DNA of 30,391 nucleotides from a virus: IMG/VR virus record IMGVR_UViG_3300032053_000003, positions 1 to 30,391 of that record; one strand, 5' to 3'. Shown piece by piece: positions 8,985 to 17,174 of this stretch (position 1 is its first letter; each line of letters starts with the position of its first letter). The notes under the pieces were generated by a model. It saw only the letters and a program-made list of their open reading frames with translations, ran no database searches and was not told where the DNA came from. The position numbers and the translations under genes were made by a program.

Positions 8985-9392
8985 ATGACTAAAGCTCATA
9001 AGCTCATCAGTCTCTTGGAGACCAGTCAGTCAGTTGGTTACAAGATAATGACTCTTGTAGCCAAGACAGGGAAACTGCATAGCATGGCTGATGATCGAAT
9101 ATCCATACCTTTCAAGAAAGGGTACATCTTGGGGTCCCCATCGGGTATCTGGTTAGGATCTACTAAAGAGTACGTTCAGAATTATTATGGTTCAGGCTTT
9201 GAACAGGAACCTGAGGAGATGCCAGAAGGAAGATACGAGATGCTGTTAACATTTCAGTATGATCCTGCTGATGTTATGGAAGGTAATCCTGATGAGAAAC
9301 CTTCCAGTTACGATGGTGGTGTGGAGTATTCAGTGAAGAAGGCTACATTGACTCATGCTTATAATGTGACATCCAAAAAGAAGGAGTTCTAA
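8985..9392 (+). CDS. Hypothetical protein (135 aa) with N-terminal MTKAHKLISLLE motif
   Basis: SD AGGAGGAAGGG upstream. Motif-family member. Confidence 0.55.
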   Translation: MTKAHKLISLLETSQSVGYKIMTLVAKTGKLHSMADDRISIPFKKGYILGSPSGIWLGSTKEYVQNYYGSGFEQEPEEMPEGRYEMLLTFQYDPADVMEGNPDEKPSSYDGGVEYSVKKATLTHAYNVTSKKKEF

Positions 9393-9436
9393 TATTATCT
9401 TGAGATTCTTTATAAATATGTGACAATCTGAGGACT

Positions 9437-10381
9437 ATGAAAGATCTGATTTGGATTATCGATGCTTTTATGAACACTCCATTGAAGGCTCAGTATACAA
9501 GAGAGCTTATTGAGAAGATCAAGACGTATGGAGAGGACATTGCTGTGGTGTCTCATACTCCAATCCCTGAGGACATCCAGAAGAGTGTCAATTACTCCAT
9601 ATATGATTGCAGAAACACCTTGATAGAGGACTGGTCCACTACCCTTTGGTATGGGAGTGACGATATCAAGTTGGAGTACTTATCTGGAAACTCTTATCAG
9701 GGATTCAGTATCTATCTTAACCGTAAGAATGCTCTGAGTATGTTTGGATCAGTCTACAAAAGGGGTATATTTATAGAGTATGACTTTGATCACCGAGGAT
9801 TGGATGAGTTCAGGGAGAAGACTAAGGACTTTATCTTTGACTGTGATCTGATCGGTAGGTGGTACAAGGATACAGGAATCAATTCGGGCATTCTGACAGA
9901 TATCTATAGTGTTAACCTCTCTATGGCTGATGAGATATTCCCTGATGTGTCCTGGGAGCAGTTTAAAGAGCTGGATGACACTAAGCTCTTTGAGAACCTG
10001 GTCTACAGACGTTTTCTCAATCATGGTGGTTTGATAAAGATGATTGAGATGAGCCAGGTTGATAACAAGGTTTACTCTGATGGGGTCATGCATATCATCT
10101 TGTGTGATGAGACTACTGGTGGTGTGATGGCTTTCATTTACAACAGAAGTGGTACTGAGGCCAGGACCTTCAAGATCGATGACAGGGAGTACACTATACT
10201 CCCTAACAATCTTAATTGGTTCTATCTGGAGAGGAAGGATGGAACTAGAATAGTTACAGATGATGGTAAAGAGAGGGTTCTCTCCAGTACAGAGAGTTAT
10301 AAGAGTAAGTTTTGGTTCAGGGGTAAACAGTTCATCTCTCCTTATTGGGGAGAGAGGGAAAACGAGTTATATAAAGTTTAG
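9437..10381 (+). CDS. Hypothetical protein (314 aa)
   Basis: Long ORF with no recognisable motifs. A TATAAATA element lies 19 nt upstream. Confidence 0.55.
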   Translation: MKDLIWIIDAFMNTPLKAQYTRELIEKIKTYGEDIAVVSHTPIPEDIQKSVNYSIYDCRNTLIEDWSTTLWYGSDDIKLEYLSGNSYQGFSIYLNRKNALSMFGSVYKRGIFIEYDFDHRGLDEFREKTKDFIFDCDLIGRWYKDTGINSGILTDIYSVNLSMADEIFPDVSWEQFKELDDTKLFENLVYRRFLNHGGLIKMIEMSQVDNKVYSDGVMHIILCDETTGGVMAFIYNRSGTEARTFKIDDREYTILPNNLNWFYLERKDGTRIVTDDGKERVLSSTESYKSKFWFRGKQFISPYWGERENELYKV

Positions 10382-10392
10382 AGGGGGTTCAA

Positions 10393-10650
10393 ATGAGAGT
10401 AAAATGTACTTCGGCTGCTTTAGGTTTCGATGAGACTTTGTGGCCCACTGTGTTTGCTTCTGATCCTAAAGTTGGTGATGTTGTATATCAGCTTCCTATT
10501 GTAGTAGGCACCTTGAACACTCAGGTTTTACCATTGATCACGGAGTCCACTACCTCTCTTACAATTTCTGTTATCTCCCATAGGGTTGGCATTTTTCTGG
10601 GGGTCCAGGGTTACTATTGGGAGCCTTATGTAGAGGTAACCTTAGTTTAA
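10393..10650 (+). pseudogene. Possible decayed copy of the fibre N-terminal module (85-aa ORF)
   Basis: It is preceded by AGGGGGTTCAAATG, almost identical to the AGGAGGTTCAAATG leader of the 2708 gene. Codons 8-14 read AALGFDE, compare (M)ALGKFDG. The rest has no similarity. Confidence 0.25.
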
Positions 10651-10710
10651 GAACATTTTCAAACCCAGATTCCATTTCACTAACTTCAGTCTATCAATAG
10701 GAGGACAGCC

Positions 10711-11616
10711 ATGTCTTTAGGAAAATTCGATGGAGTAGCAGTTGCTAATATAGGTAAATTGACTAATATGGCACCAGCAAATATAGGTAAGGTAGGTGGG
10801 TGTGGAGCTTTCCCTGCATTGGTAGGTACTGCCTGGGCTACTACAACAGCTATGAATTATGCCAGACATGATCTGGCTGGTTGTGGAACAAATCAAGCAG
10901 CTTTATCAATAGCAGGAGTAGTTGGATCTGAGGTGTCAAGTGTTGAAATATGGAATGGGTCCTCTTGGTCTTACACTACATCTTATCCTGTAAATACTTA
11001 TTCGTTAGCTGCTTGTGGAGTTACTGGAGCTGCATTGGCTTTTGGTGGACATACCTTAGGTGCTTATGTGGCTCTTGCTAACAAATGGTTGGGTACTACA
11101 TGGACAACTGTTGTAAGTATGAATAAATCAAGAGGTTATCTTGGTGGTTGTGGAATTACTTCTGATGCATTAGCAATTGCTGGTTATACTGGTAATGTAT
11201 CAGGTATGACTGTAACAGAAAAGTGGAATGGGTCATCATGGGCTACTACGGGGGGTCTTAATATAACACGGTATTCAATTCCTGCTGCTGGTACTACTTC
11301 TTCTGCATTGTGTGCAGGTGGGTATAATGGATCTGTGTTAACATCTACTGAGAAATGGTCAGGTAGTTCATGGGCTACTACTTCTGGATTGAATAATGCA
11401 AGGAATGGATTTGGTATGGGAGGAGATCCTACTGGAGCCATTGCATGTGCAGGTAGTACAATAATTACTGAATTATGGAATGGGTCTACTTGGTCAAATA
11501 CAAGTAGTATGATTCACACTGTTGGTAGTGGTGGATTTGCTGGTGATCCAATTAAGTCCATATACTTTGGTGGGTGGACTACTGGTGATGTTGCATACAC
11601 TGAATTATGGCAATGA
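10711..11616 (+). CDS. Fibre/receptor-binding-like protein, paralog 2: conserved N-terminal module plus Kelch-type beta-propeller repeats
   Basis: N-terminus MSLGKFDGVAVANIGKLTNMAPANIGKVGG. About 47-aa repeats of the form WNGSSWATT..LN.AR..LAGCG.TSDAL(A/S)FGGY, with the Kelch hallmarks (GG doublet, Y, W, R). Confidence 0.5.
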   Translation: MSLGKFDGVAVANIGKLTNMAPANIGKVGGCGAFPALVGTAWATTTAMNYARHDLAGCGTNQAALSIAGVVGSEVSSVEIWNGSSWSYTTSYPVNTYSLAACGVTGAALAFGGHTLGAYVALANKWLGTTWTTVVSMNKSRGYLGGCGITSDALAIAGYTGNVSGMTVTEKWNGSSWATTGGLNITRYSIPAAGTTSSALCAGGYNGSVLTSTEKWSGSSWATTSGLNNARNGFGMGGDPTGAIACAGSTIITELWNGSTWSNTSSMIHTVGSGGFAGDPIKSIYFGGWTTGDVAYTELWQ

Positions 11617-11633
11617 GAGACTAAGGAACCTAT

Positions 11634-11843
11634 ATGTCTAAGGCAAAGCAGGTTATAAGTATGATGGGTGAGGGTAAGAAAAACCTCAATGACCTTGATT
11701 ATCTTGAGCTGACTGATATACCTACTACAGAGTTGAGAAAATACTCTAAGGAAGAGCTGATTAATGCCTTGAGTTTTCGTTGTCAAGAGTTGCTGGATAT
11801 GGAAAAAGAGATAGCAAAGCTTAAGGGTATTGGAGATGACTAA
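11634..11843 (+). CDS. Small protein (69 aa) with N-terminal MSKAKQVISMM motif
   Basis: SD AAGGAA upstream. Motif-family member. Confidence 0.5.
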   Translation: MSKAKQVISMMGEGKKNLNDLDYLELTDIPTTELRKYSKEELINALSFRCQELLDMEKEIAKLKGIGDD

Positions 11844-12138
11844 AGCTCAACAGTTTCTTGAGATGGCTAAACCCAAAGAGATCAGCATGAGTAAAATCAA
11901 GCTGGAGAGGGATATAGTTTTGGTGGATACCAAAGATCCCCAGAATATCATAAATGCCTATCGAGAAGGTAAGATGCCATTGGATAAGGCAAGGGTGGAA
12001 GCTTTTAGCATTCTGGTCAGGCAGGGTCGTAAGCTTCCTCCTGTTGTTTTAACTAAGGGTAAATTGTTGAGGGATGGTCACCATAGATTTGCAGCTTACA
12101 AGTTAGCAGGAAAGACTACTATTCCTTATGAGGATTAA
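11836..12138 (+). CDS. ParB-like nuclease domain mini-protein, paralog 2; N-terminal MTKAQQFLE motif
   Basis: PPVVLTKGKLLRDGHHRFAAYKLAGKTTIP matches the ParBc core (DGHHR). The ATG at 11836 is preferred over the TTG at 11830. Confidence 0.6.
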   Translation: MTKAQQFLEMAKPKEISMSKIKLERDIVLVDTKDPQNIINAYREGKMPLDKARVEAFSILVRQGRKLPPVVLTKGKLLRDGHHRFAAYKLAGKTTIPYED

Positions 12139-12139
12139 T

Positions 12140-12793
12140 ATGACAAAATCTGCATTCCTTATGAACCTTCTGGAAGACATTGAACCTACTAAGGAAGAGC
12201 ATTTCAAACAGAGAACAAATCTTCATATTGGTTTAGTCAAGAAGTACCTGGATAAGATTCTGCAGCTCAAAGATCCTCGTATTGATGCAGCAATTCTTGA
12301 GGCTGAGAAGGTAGGTCATGACCAGAGCAAGTTCAAGTCTCCTGAGTACGAGCCTTACCTTCATGTGAACTGGAAATACTACATGAAGGATCAAGGTAAG
12401 GAATATAATCCTCCCAAGGAAGTTAAAGATGCTATGGACACTGCTACCCTTCACCATATCGTAAATAATTCCCATCATCCAGAGTATTGGCAAGATCCTA
12501 CGAATAAAGGTAAACTACAAATTAACTCTAGGGATAGGGATGAACCATCAGGTGAGATAGTAGATGCTACTAAAATGCCTTTATCTCATATTGCCTGTAT
12601 GGTAGCAGACTGGTTGAGTATGTCTTCTGAAAAAGGTACAGATCCTTACGAATGGGCTAATAAAAATGTAGATAAGAGATGGAAATTTAGTTCTAATCAA
12701 ATTAAATTAATATATGATCTCTTAGATAAGGTATGGGAATCTTATGAGCAGAAAGAGTATTCTGAAACATGGAGTAATAGTCAATATATTTAA
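12140..12793 (+). CDS. Hypothetical protein, possible HD-domain phosphohydrolase; N-terminal MTKSAFLMNLLE motif variant
   Basis: ATG at 12140 directly after the upstream TAA, with GAGGA 5 nt upstream. The spacing H(33)...GHD(64-65)...LHH..HH(110-118)...D(161) is compatible with an HD motif, but this is weak. Confidence 0.3.
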   Translation: MTKSAFLMNLLEDIEPTKEEHFKQRTNLHIGLVKKYLDKILQLKDPRIDAAILEAEKVGHDQSKFKSPEYEPYLHVNWKYYMKDQGKEYNPPKEVKDAMDTATLHHIVNNSHHPEYWQDPTNKGKLQINSRDRDEPSGEIVDATKMPLSHIACMVADWLSMSSEKGTDPYEWANKNVDKRWKFSSNQIKLIYDLLDKVWESYEQKEYSETWSNSQYI

Positions 12794-13373
12794 GATATTA
12801 GGTGATTCTGGTCAGAGAGCTGTTCCTAGTGGTAATGTGTTATGGAAGGTGCAGTGCACTGTTTGTGACAGAGTACTACTATTACCTTATCGATACATTA
12901 AAAAGTATAAATCATGTGGTTGTAATAGAGGTGATATCCTAAGTAGTTCGATGAGAAAATCTCTTAACAGAGGTGGTTGTGGTGATATTTATGCAACACA
13001 TTGGAATATGATTAAGAAAAATGCAATTAGTAGAGGGTTGTCCTTTAACATAAGTGTTGATTTTGCATGGAAGTTATTTTTGAAGCAAGATAGAAAGTGT
13101 GCTTTGACAGGTATCCCTTTGCATTTCTCTACTCGTTGTTGGTCTAAGGATTCTAATGCTTCTTTGGATAGAGTAGATTCTTCAAAAGGATATATTAAAG
13201 GAAATCTTCAGTGGGTACATAAAAATGTAAATATGATGAAACAGCAGTATTCTACTGAGTTATTTTTATACTTATGTAAGAAAGTTGTAGACTACAATAA
13301 AGACACTGTTGATAATTTAACTGAAGAAGTTGTTCCTGAATTCCTTATATCAAATTGGATTTTTGGTAAATAA
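12744..13373 (+). CDS. Free-standing HNH homing endonuclease
   Basis: Cys cluster (CTVC...CGC; GGCGD) plus ASLDRVDSSKGYIKGNLQWVHKNVN, the phage HNH-endonuclease signature (DR-I/V-D..KGY...N.QW...N). Its start overlaps the upstream gene by about 50 nt, so the true start is uncertain. Confidence 0.5.
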   Translation: MSRKSILKHGVIVNIFKILGDSGQRAVPSGNVLWKVQCTVCDRVLLLPYRYIKKYKSCGCNRGDILSSSMRKSLNRGGCGDIYATHWNMIKKNAISRGLSFNISVDFAWKLFLKQDRKCALTGIPLHFSTRCWSKDSNASLDRVDSSKGYIKGNLQWVHKNVNMMKQQYSTELFLYLCKKVVDYNKDTVDNLTEEVVPEFLISNWIFGK

Positions 13374-13402
13374 TAAACAACAACATTAGGAGGAGGTTTG
13401 CT

Positions 13403-13690
13403 ATGGAAGGTAAAGACTTAATCCAAGATGGTGATTTACTTGCTGATGGGTACAGTGACTGTATAATAGGAGTGGCTATACAAGTCATTAAGGGTAAACC
13501 TGTTAGAAGAGTTATATATGATGCTGTGGCAATGATTGAGCAGCTTGCAAAGGATTACATAGATGAGATTAATCCTGAAGATGCTGCATTGGAATTTCTA
13601 GAGTTTCATAATTTTGATCCATGTCTAGGAGATCAAACTCCTATCTATTTGTGGCCCGAAGACTTGGATGAAGATACTGCTACTTGTTAG
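13403..13690 (+). CDS. Small acidic hypothetical protein (95 aa)
   Basis: SD AGGAGGAGG upstream. Confidence 0.5.
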   Translation: MEGKDLIQDGDLLADGYSDCIIGVAIQVIKGKPVRRVIYDAVAMIEQLAKDYIDEINPEDAALEFLEFHNFDPCLGDQTPIYLWPEDLDEDTATC

Positions 13691-13740
13691 GAATAGACTT
13701 AAATAATCTTTAGACTAATAAAAGAAGAGGAGGTGCTTCA

Positions 13741-14217
13741 ATGGGGAAAGCACAGGATTTATTGGAGAGACTTGGTGGAAAGAAGCTTAAAGAGGCTGAG
13801 GATAAGAAGGATGATGACAAGATCCAGACTATCAATGAGCCTGATGTTGAGAAGGATGGTGGGGATGACTTTGCTGATCTTCATGTTGATGATGGGGATA
13901 AGAAGGAAGAGGATAAGCCTGATGAGTTTACCCAGTCCGTTTTGGCTGTCATGAAGCATGGTGAGGACAAGGATGAGGACTTTGATACTGAGCAGCTTAC
14001 TGCTGGTATTAAGGTTGAAGGGGAGCACATTGATAACAAATGGATACAGGCTGCAATAGCCAAGGCTCACCTTTCTGAGTTCCCTACTTATTATGTTGCT
14101 CTTGCTAAAATGGAGGCTGAGTTGAAAGCTGAGAAAGAGAAGGGTGATAAGAAGGAAGAGCCAGAGAAGAAGGATGAACCTGCTAAGAAAGATAAAGAAG
14201 ATGAGAACGATGTCTGA
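13741..14217 (+). CDS. Highly charged/acidic low-complexity protein (158 aa) with N-terminal MGKAQDLLE motif; scaffold- or internal-protein-like
   Basis: SD AGAGGAGG upstream. KKDDDK and EEDKPDE runs. Its stop lies inside a terminator hairpin. Confidence 0.55.
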   Translation: MGKAQDLLERLGGKKLKEAEDKKDDDKIQTINEPDVEKDGGDDFADLHVDDGDKKEEDKPDEFTQSVLAVMKHGEDKDEDFDTEQLTAGIKVEGEHIDNKWIQAAIAKAHLSEFPTYYVALAKMEAELKAEKEKGDKKEEPEKKDEPAKKDKEDENDV

Positions 14218-14233
14218 TCGTTCTCATGTTTTA
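14203..14233 (+). terminator. Rho-independent terminator-like hairpin
   Basis: GAGAACGAT-gtctg-ATCGTTCTC (9-bp perfect stem, 5-nt loop containing the TGA stop), followed by ATGTTTTA. Confidence 0.5.
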
Positions 14234-14306
14234 GGGTGAGTACTCTGGTTGAGGAAAATTAGAAATTGACATAGATTTTGTCACTACAAATGATAGGAGA
14301 TCACCC

Positions 14307-15221
14307 ATGTCATTAGGAAAATTTGATGGAGTGGATTTAGTAAATATAGGTAAGGTAGTTAATTTACCTGTAATTAATATAGGTAAAGTGTGTGGGAATC
14401 TTTTCTCATTAAAAGGGAGTGCTTGGGCAACTACTTCAGATTTAAATGCAGTGAGAAATGTTTTGGCAGGTTGTGGAACAGCTTTTGCTGCTCTTTCCTT
14501 TGGAGGGGATACTGGAAATAATACTGGGGGTGATACAACAGAGATTTGGTCAGGATCTTCTTGGGCTACTACTTCGGTGTTAAATCAAGCTAGGTGGGCT
14601 TTAGCTGGGTGTGGAACTACTTCTGATGCTCTCTCTTTTGGAGGATACACTGTTACTTATTCAAATGTTACTGAAAAATGGTCAGGATCTTCTTGGGCTA
14701 CTACTTCAGCTTTGATAGTAGCTAAGTATGTTTTAGCAGGTTGTGGGATAACCAGTGCAGCATTAAGTTTTGGTGGGACTCCTGGAAATTCTTCTACCTC
14801 AATTTGGAATGGTTCTTTGTGGTCCACTACTAATAATAATTTATATCAAGGTAGGTATGCTTTAGCAGGATGTGGAATAACTAGTGCAGCACTGGCTATA
14901 GGTGGTTCCATAGGATCAGCATCAAATTTGTGTGATAAATGGAATGGCTCAACTTGGTCAACTACAACTGTATTGAATCAAGCAAGGTATGGTTTAGCTG
15001 GGTGTGGGACTACTTCTGATGCTCTCTCTTTTGGAGGGTACACTACAGGTAATCGTGTTAATGTTTCTGAGATGTGGGATGGTTCCTCTTGGTTTACTAC
15101 CTCTAATATGAATAAAGGTAGACGTTACTTGGCAGGTTGTGGTGATGTTTCGGTAGCTTTATCTTTTGGTGGTGAGGATAATCAGCCTCAGAATAGTAGT
15201 GTTACAGAGATTTGGTTATAA
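14307..15221 (+). CDS. Fibre/receptor-binding-like protein, paralog 3: conserved N-terminal module plus six Kelch-type beta-propeller repeats
   Basis: N-terminus MSLGKFDGVDLVNIGKVVNLPVINIGKVCG. Six tandem repeats of about 47 aa (W.GSSWATTS.LN.AR..LAGCG.TSDALSFGGY). Confidence 0.55.
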   Translation: MSLGKFDGVDLVNIGKVVNLPVINIGKVCGNLFSLKGSAWATTSDLNAVRNVLAGCGTAFAALSFGGDTGNNTGGDTTEIWSGSSWATTSVLNQARWALAGCGTTSDALSFGGYTVTYSNVTEKWSGSSWATTSALIVAKYVLAGCGITSAALSFGGTPGNSSTSIWNGSLWSTTNNNLYQGRYALAGCGITSAALAIGGSIGSASNLCDKWNGSTWSTTTVLNQARYGLAGCGTTSDALSFGGYTTGNRVNVSEMWDGSSWFTTSNMNKGRRYLAGCGDVSVALSFGGEDNQPQNSSVTEIWL

Positions 15222-15245
15222 GTTAAGACTAATTGGAGGTTCTCC

Positions 15246-15290
15246 ATGTCATTAAAATTTGATGGAGTAATCATCAGGTATGCAATATGA
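15246..15290 (+). pseudogene. 15-codon remnant of a fourth fibre N-terminal module (MSLKFDGVIIRYAI*), overlapping the start of the heptose kinase gene
   Basis: ATGTCATTAAAATTTGATGGAGTA is near-identical at nucleotide level to the 5' ends of the 10711 and 14307 genes (one Gly codon is deleted). SD TGGAGG upstream. Its TGA overlaps the ATG at 15287. Confidence 0.5.
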
Positions 15291-16294
15291 AGATAAATGA
15301 AGACTTACTTGATTCTGTTTTCAAGCATTTCAAGCAGATGAAGACCAAAACTGTAATGGTTATTGGTGATATCATGCTCGATCACTATATCAGGGGCAAG
15401 GTGGAGAGGATTTCTCCTGAGGCTCCTGTTCCTATTGTTAATGTGACAGAGGAAGTTTTGAAGCTTGGAGGTGCTGGCAATGTAGCCAGTAATTTGAAGA
15501 GCCTTGGAGCTAATGTTCTGTTGAGTGGAACTGTGGGGTCTGATATCCATAGTCAGTCCATCTTTGGTGTTCTCTATCAGGCTGGTATATCTACTGACTG
15601 GCTTGTTACAGATGCAGATAGAGGCACTATTGTAAAGACTCGTGTTATTGCTCACACTCAGCAGGTTGTCCGTTTGGATAGGGAGAACAAAACTCCTATT
15701 TCCTTTATTGTCAGGGATCGTATCATTGATGCTGTGAGTGCCAATATAGACTCTCTGGATGCTATCATTATTTCTGACTATGCAAAGGGGGTTGTCAGTA
15801 GACCTCTTGTCCAGAGGGTGTTGGGTATAGCACGTAATAAGGGTATCCCTGTCTGTGTTGACCCTAAGAACGGTAATTTTCCGTTTTACAGCAATGTGGA
15901 TGTTATTACCCCTAATATAAAAGAACTGAGCTATGGCTCTGGGATTGAGATAAGGTCCTATGAGGATATGCTGGAAGCTTCAAAGAAGATCAGGAGTAAC
16001 CTGCAATGCAAAGTCCTTTTGGTTACTCGTGGAGACCAGGGAATGAGTCTCTTTGATTTTGAGAATGAAGGAGAACCTGTGGACATTCCTACTACTGCTC
16101 GTCATGTCTACGATGTCACAGGTGCTGGTGATACAGTCATAGCTGCTTTTACTTTGGCAATGATCTCAGGAGCTACATCACGAGAAGCAGCAGTTATTGC
16201 AAATATGGCAGCAGGGATAGTGGTAGGTGAGGTTGGTACAGCCAGTGTTTCATTGGATGACTTGTATAAAGCATGTATGGGACAGGAGGATTGA
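15287..16294 (+). CDS. hldA: D-glycero-beta-D-manno-heptose-7-phosphate kinase (HldA / HldE domain I, pfkB family)
   Basis: TVMVIGDIMLDHYIRGKVERISPEAPVPIVNV...LGGAGNVASNL matches the RfaE/HldE kinase-domain N-terminus. The C-terminal DVTGAGDTVIAA is the pfkB/ribokinase anion-hole motif. There is no adenylyltransferase domain. Confidence 0.85.
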   Translation: MKINEDLLDSVFKHFKQMKTKTVMVIGDIMLDHYIRGKVERISPEAPVPIVNVTEEVLKLGGAGNVASNLKSLGANVLLSGTVGSDIHSQSIFGVLYQAGISTDWLVTDADRGTIVKTRVIAHTQQVVRLDRENKTPISFIVRDRIIDAVSANIDSLDAIIISDYAKGVVSRPLVQRVLGIARNKGIPVCVDPKNGNFPFYSNVDVITPNIKELSYGSGIEIRSYEDMLEASKKIRSNLQCKVLLVTRGDQGMSLFDFENEGEPVDIPTTARHVYDVTGAGDTVIAAFTLAMISGATSREAAVIANMAAGIVVGEVGTASVSLDDLYKACMGQED

Positions 16295-16492
16295 GGAGAG
16301 GCAGGGTCAGACTCACAATGTTGATAATAAAATATTTTTGGATCTTTACACCATTCACTTTTTGTAACAATATGATTGATGTTTACAGACAAGTTTGTCT
16401 GAGATTATACCTATCCAGCAATGTATCATGCCTGGAGTATTTATTTGGGTTTCTTTGAGATAAGGAGATGGATATTTGGGTAAGGTGGTCGA

Positions 16493-16714
16493 ATGAATAA
16501 AGCACAAGAGTTACTTCAGTTGGTAGGTACCAATCCTGATCCTTATGTATTGTCTGCTGTGGCTGATCTTACTGATGATCTGCCTATCAATAAAAGGGGT
16601 ATTGAGGATCAGATTGAGCTGCTGAACCACATACTGCATAAGATCAATAACCACAGGGATTCCAAAGTCCAAGGCATGGCTAATGTGGGGATACTCATTC
16701 AGGGTCTAACTTAA
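16493..16714 (+). CDS. Small protein (73 aa) with N-terminal MNKAQELLQL motif
   Basis: SD AAGGTGG upstream. Motif-family member. Confidence 0.5.
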   Translation: MNKAQELLQLVGTNPDPYVLSAVADLTDDLPINKRGIEDQIELLNHILHKINNHRDSKVQGMANVGILIQGLT

Positions 16715-16838
16715 ACTGGATAAAAAAATGGAGAAGCCATTAGGTGACCTCTCCTAACTTAGATGGAGTTTTAATTCAATGTATGTTAATGAGTTTCTGG
16801 GTCTTTGTCAAGTTACTATTTATTTATAAGGGGTAATT

Positions 16839-17171
16839 ATGGTTATAGAGGCTGAGACCACTGTAAATACTGGTGAGATTGGGAGTATAGTTCCTGTCAT
16901 TGAGGCTGAAGCCACTGTAGTGGTGAAGGAAACACAGGTAGAAGGTGCTCCTCCTGAAGGTACAGATGTGGGTCCTGTTGCTCCTGTTGCTCCATTACCT
17001 AGTCCCCAAGATGATCCTATGTACAGAAGGGTTAAAGCTATAATGGACATGAAGATAAGGAGAGATGCTCAGAGGGCTAAAGAGACAAAGTGTTGTAAGA
17101 GTAAGAACAAGCCTCATGATAAGGACAAGAAGAGAGCAGCTAAGAAGTCCAAGAAGAAGAACAGACACTAA
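16839..17171 (+). CDS. Bipartite small protein: acidic N-terminal half, strongly basic Lys-rich C-terminal tail (possible DNA-binding internal protein)
   Basis: C-terminus KCCKSKNKPHDKDKKRAAKKSKKKNRH. ATG at 16839. Confidence 0.45.
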   Translation: MVIEAETTVNTGEIGSIVPVIEAEATVVVKETQVEGAPPEGTDVGPVAPVAPLPSPQDDPMYRRVKAIMDMKIRRDAQRAKETKCCKSKNKPHDKDKKRAAKKSKKKNRH

Positions 17172-17174
17172 GCT

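Noticed and set aside
8865-8987. 40-aa ORF (MYKGACLYMKVSK...) in the gap upstream of 8985
   Set aside because: Runs into and overlaps the SD/start of the 8985 gene in another frame, and has no RBS of its own.
9411-9418. TATAAATA (T4 late-promoter consensus) 19 nt upstream of the 9437 gene
   Set aside because: Only one exact occurrence in 30 kb and no recurrent pattern upstream of other genes, so a T4-type late promoter set cannot be asserted from this window.
13733-13954. 73-aa + strand ORF (MLQWGKHRIYWRD...) overlapping the start of the 13741 gene in another frame
   Set aside because: Arg/Met-rich alternative-frame artefact of the Lys/Asp/Glu-rich real gene. No independent SD.
10711-15221. 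Apparent abundance of N-x-S/T sequons (WNGSSW, NVT, NSS) in the Kelch-type paralogs next to the glycosylation cassette, considered as N-glycosylation targets
   Set aside because: These proteins are very Ser/Thr/Asn-rich. About 7 sequons in 304 aa is close to the chance expectation for that composition. No D/E-x-N-x-S/T bacterial sequon enrichment is seen.
16329-16345. Palindrome CAGACAA-gt-TTGTCTG downstream of the heptose kinase gene, considered as terminator or operator
   Set aside because: 7-bp arms with a 2-nt spacer, no following T-run and not recurrent. Too weak to call.
16273-16458. 61-aa + strand ORF in the 200-nt gap between the kinase gene and the 16493 gene
   Set aside because: Overlaps the kinase 3' end. 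Hydrophobic low-complexity translation of an AT-rich spacer and no SD. More likely a regulatory intergenic region.
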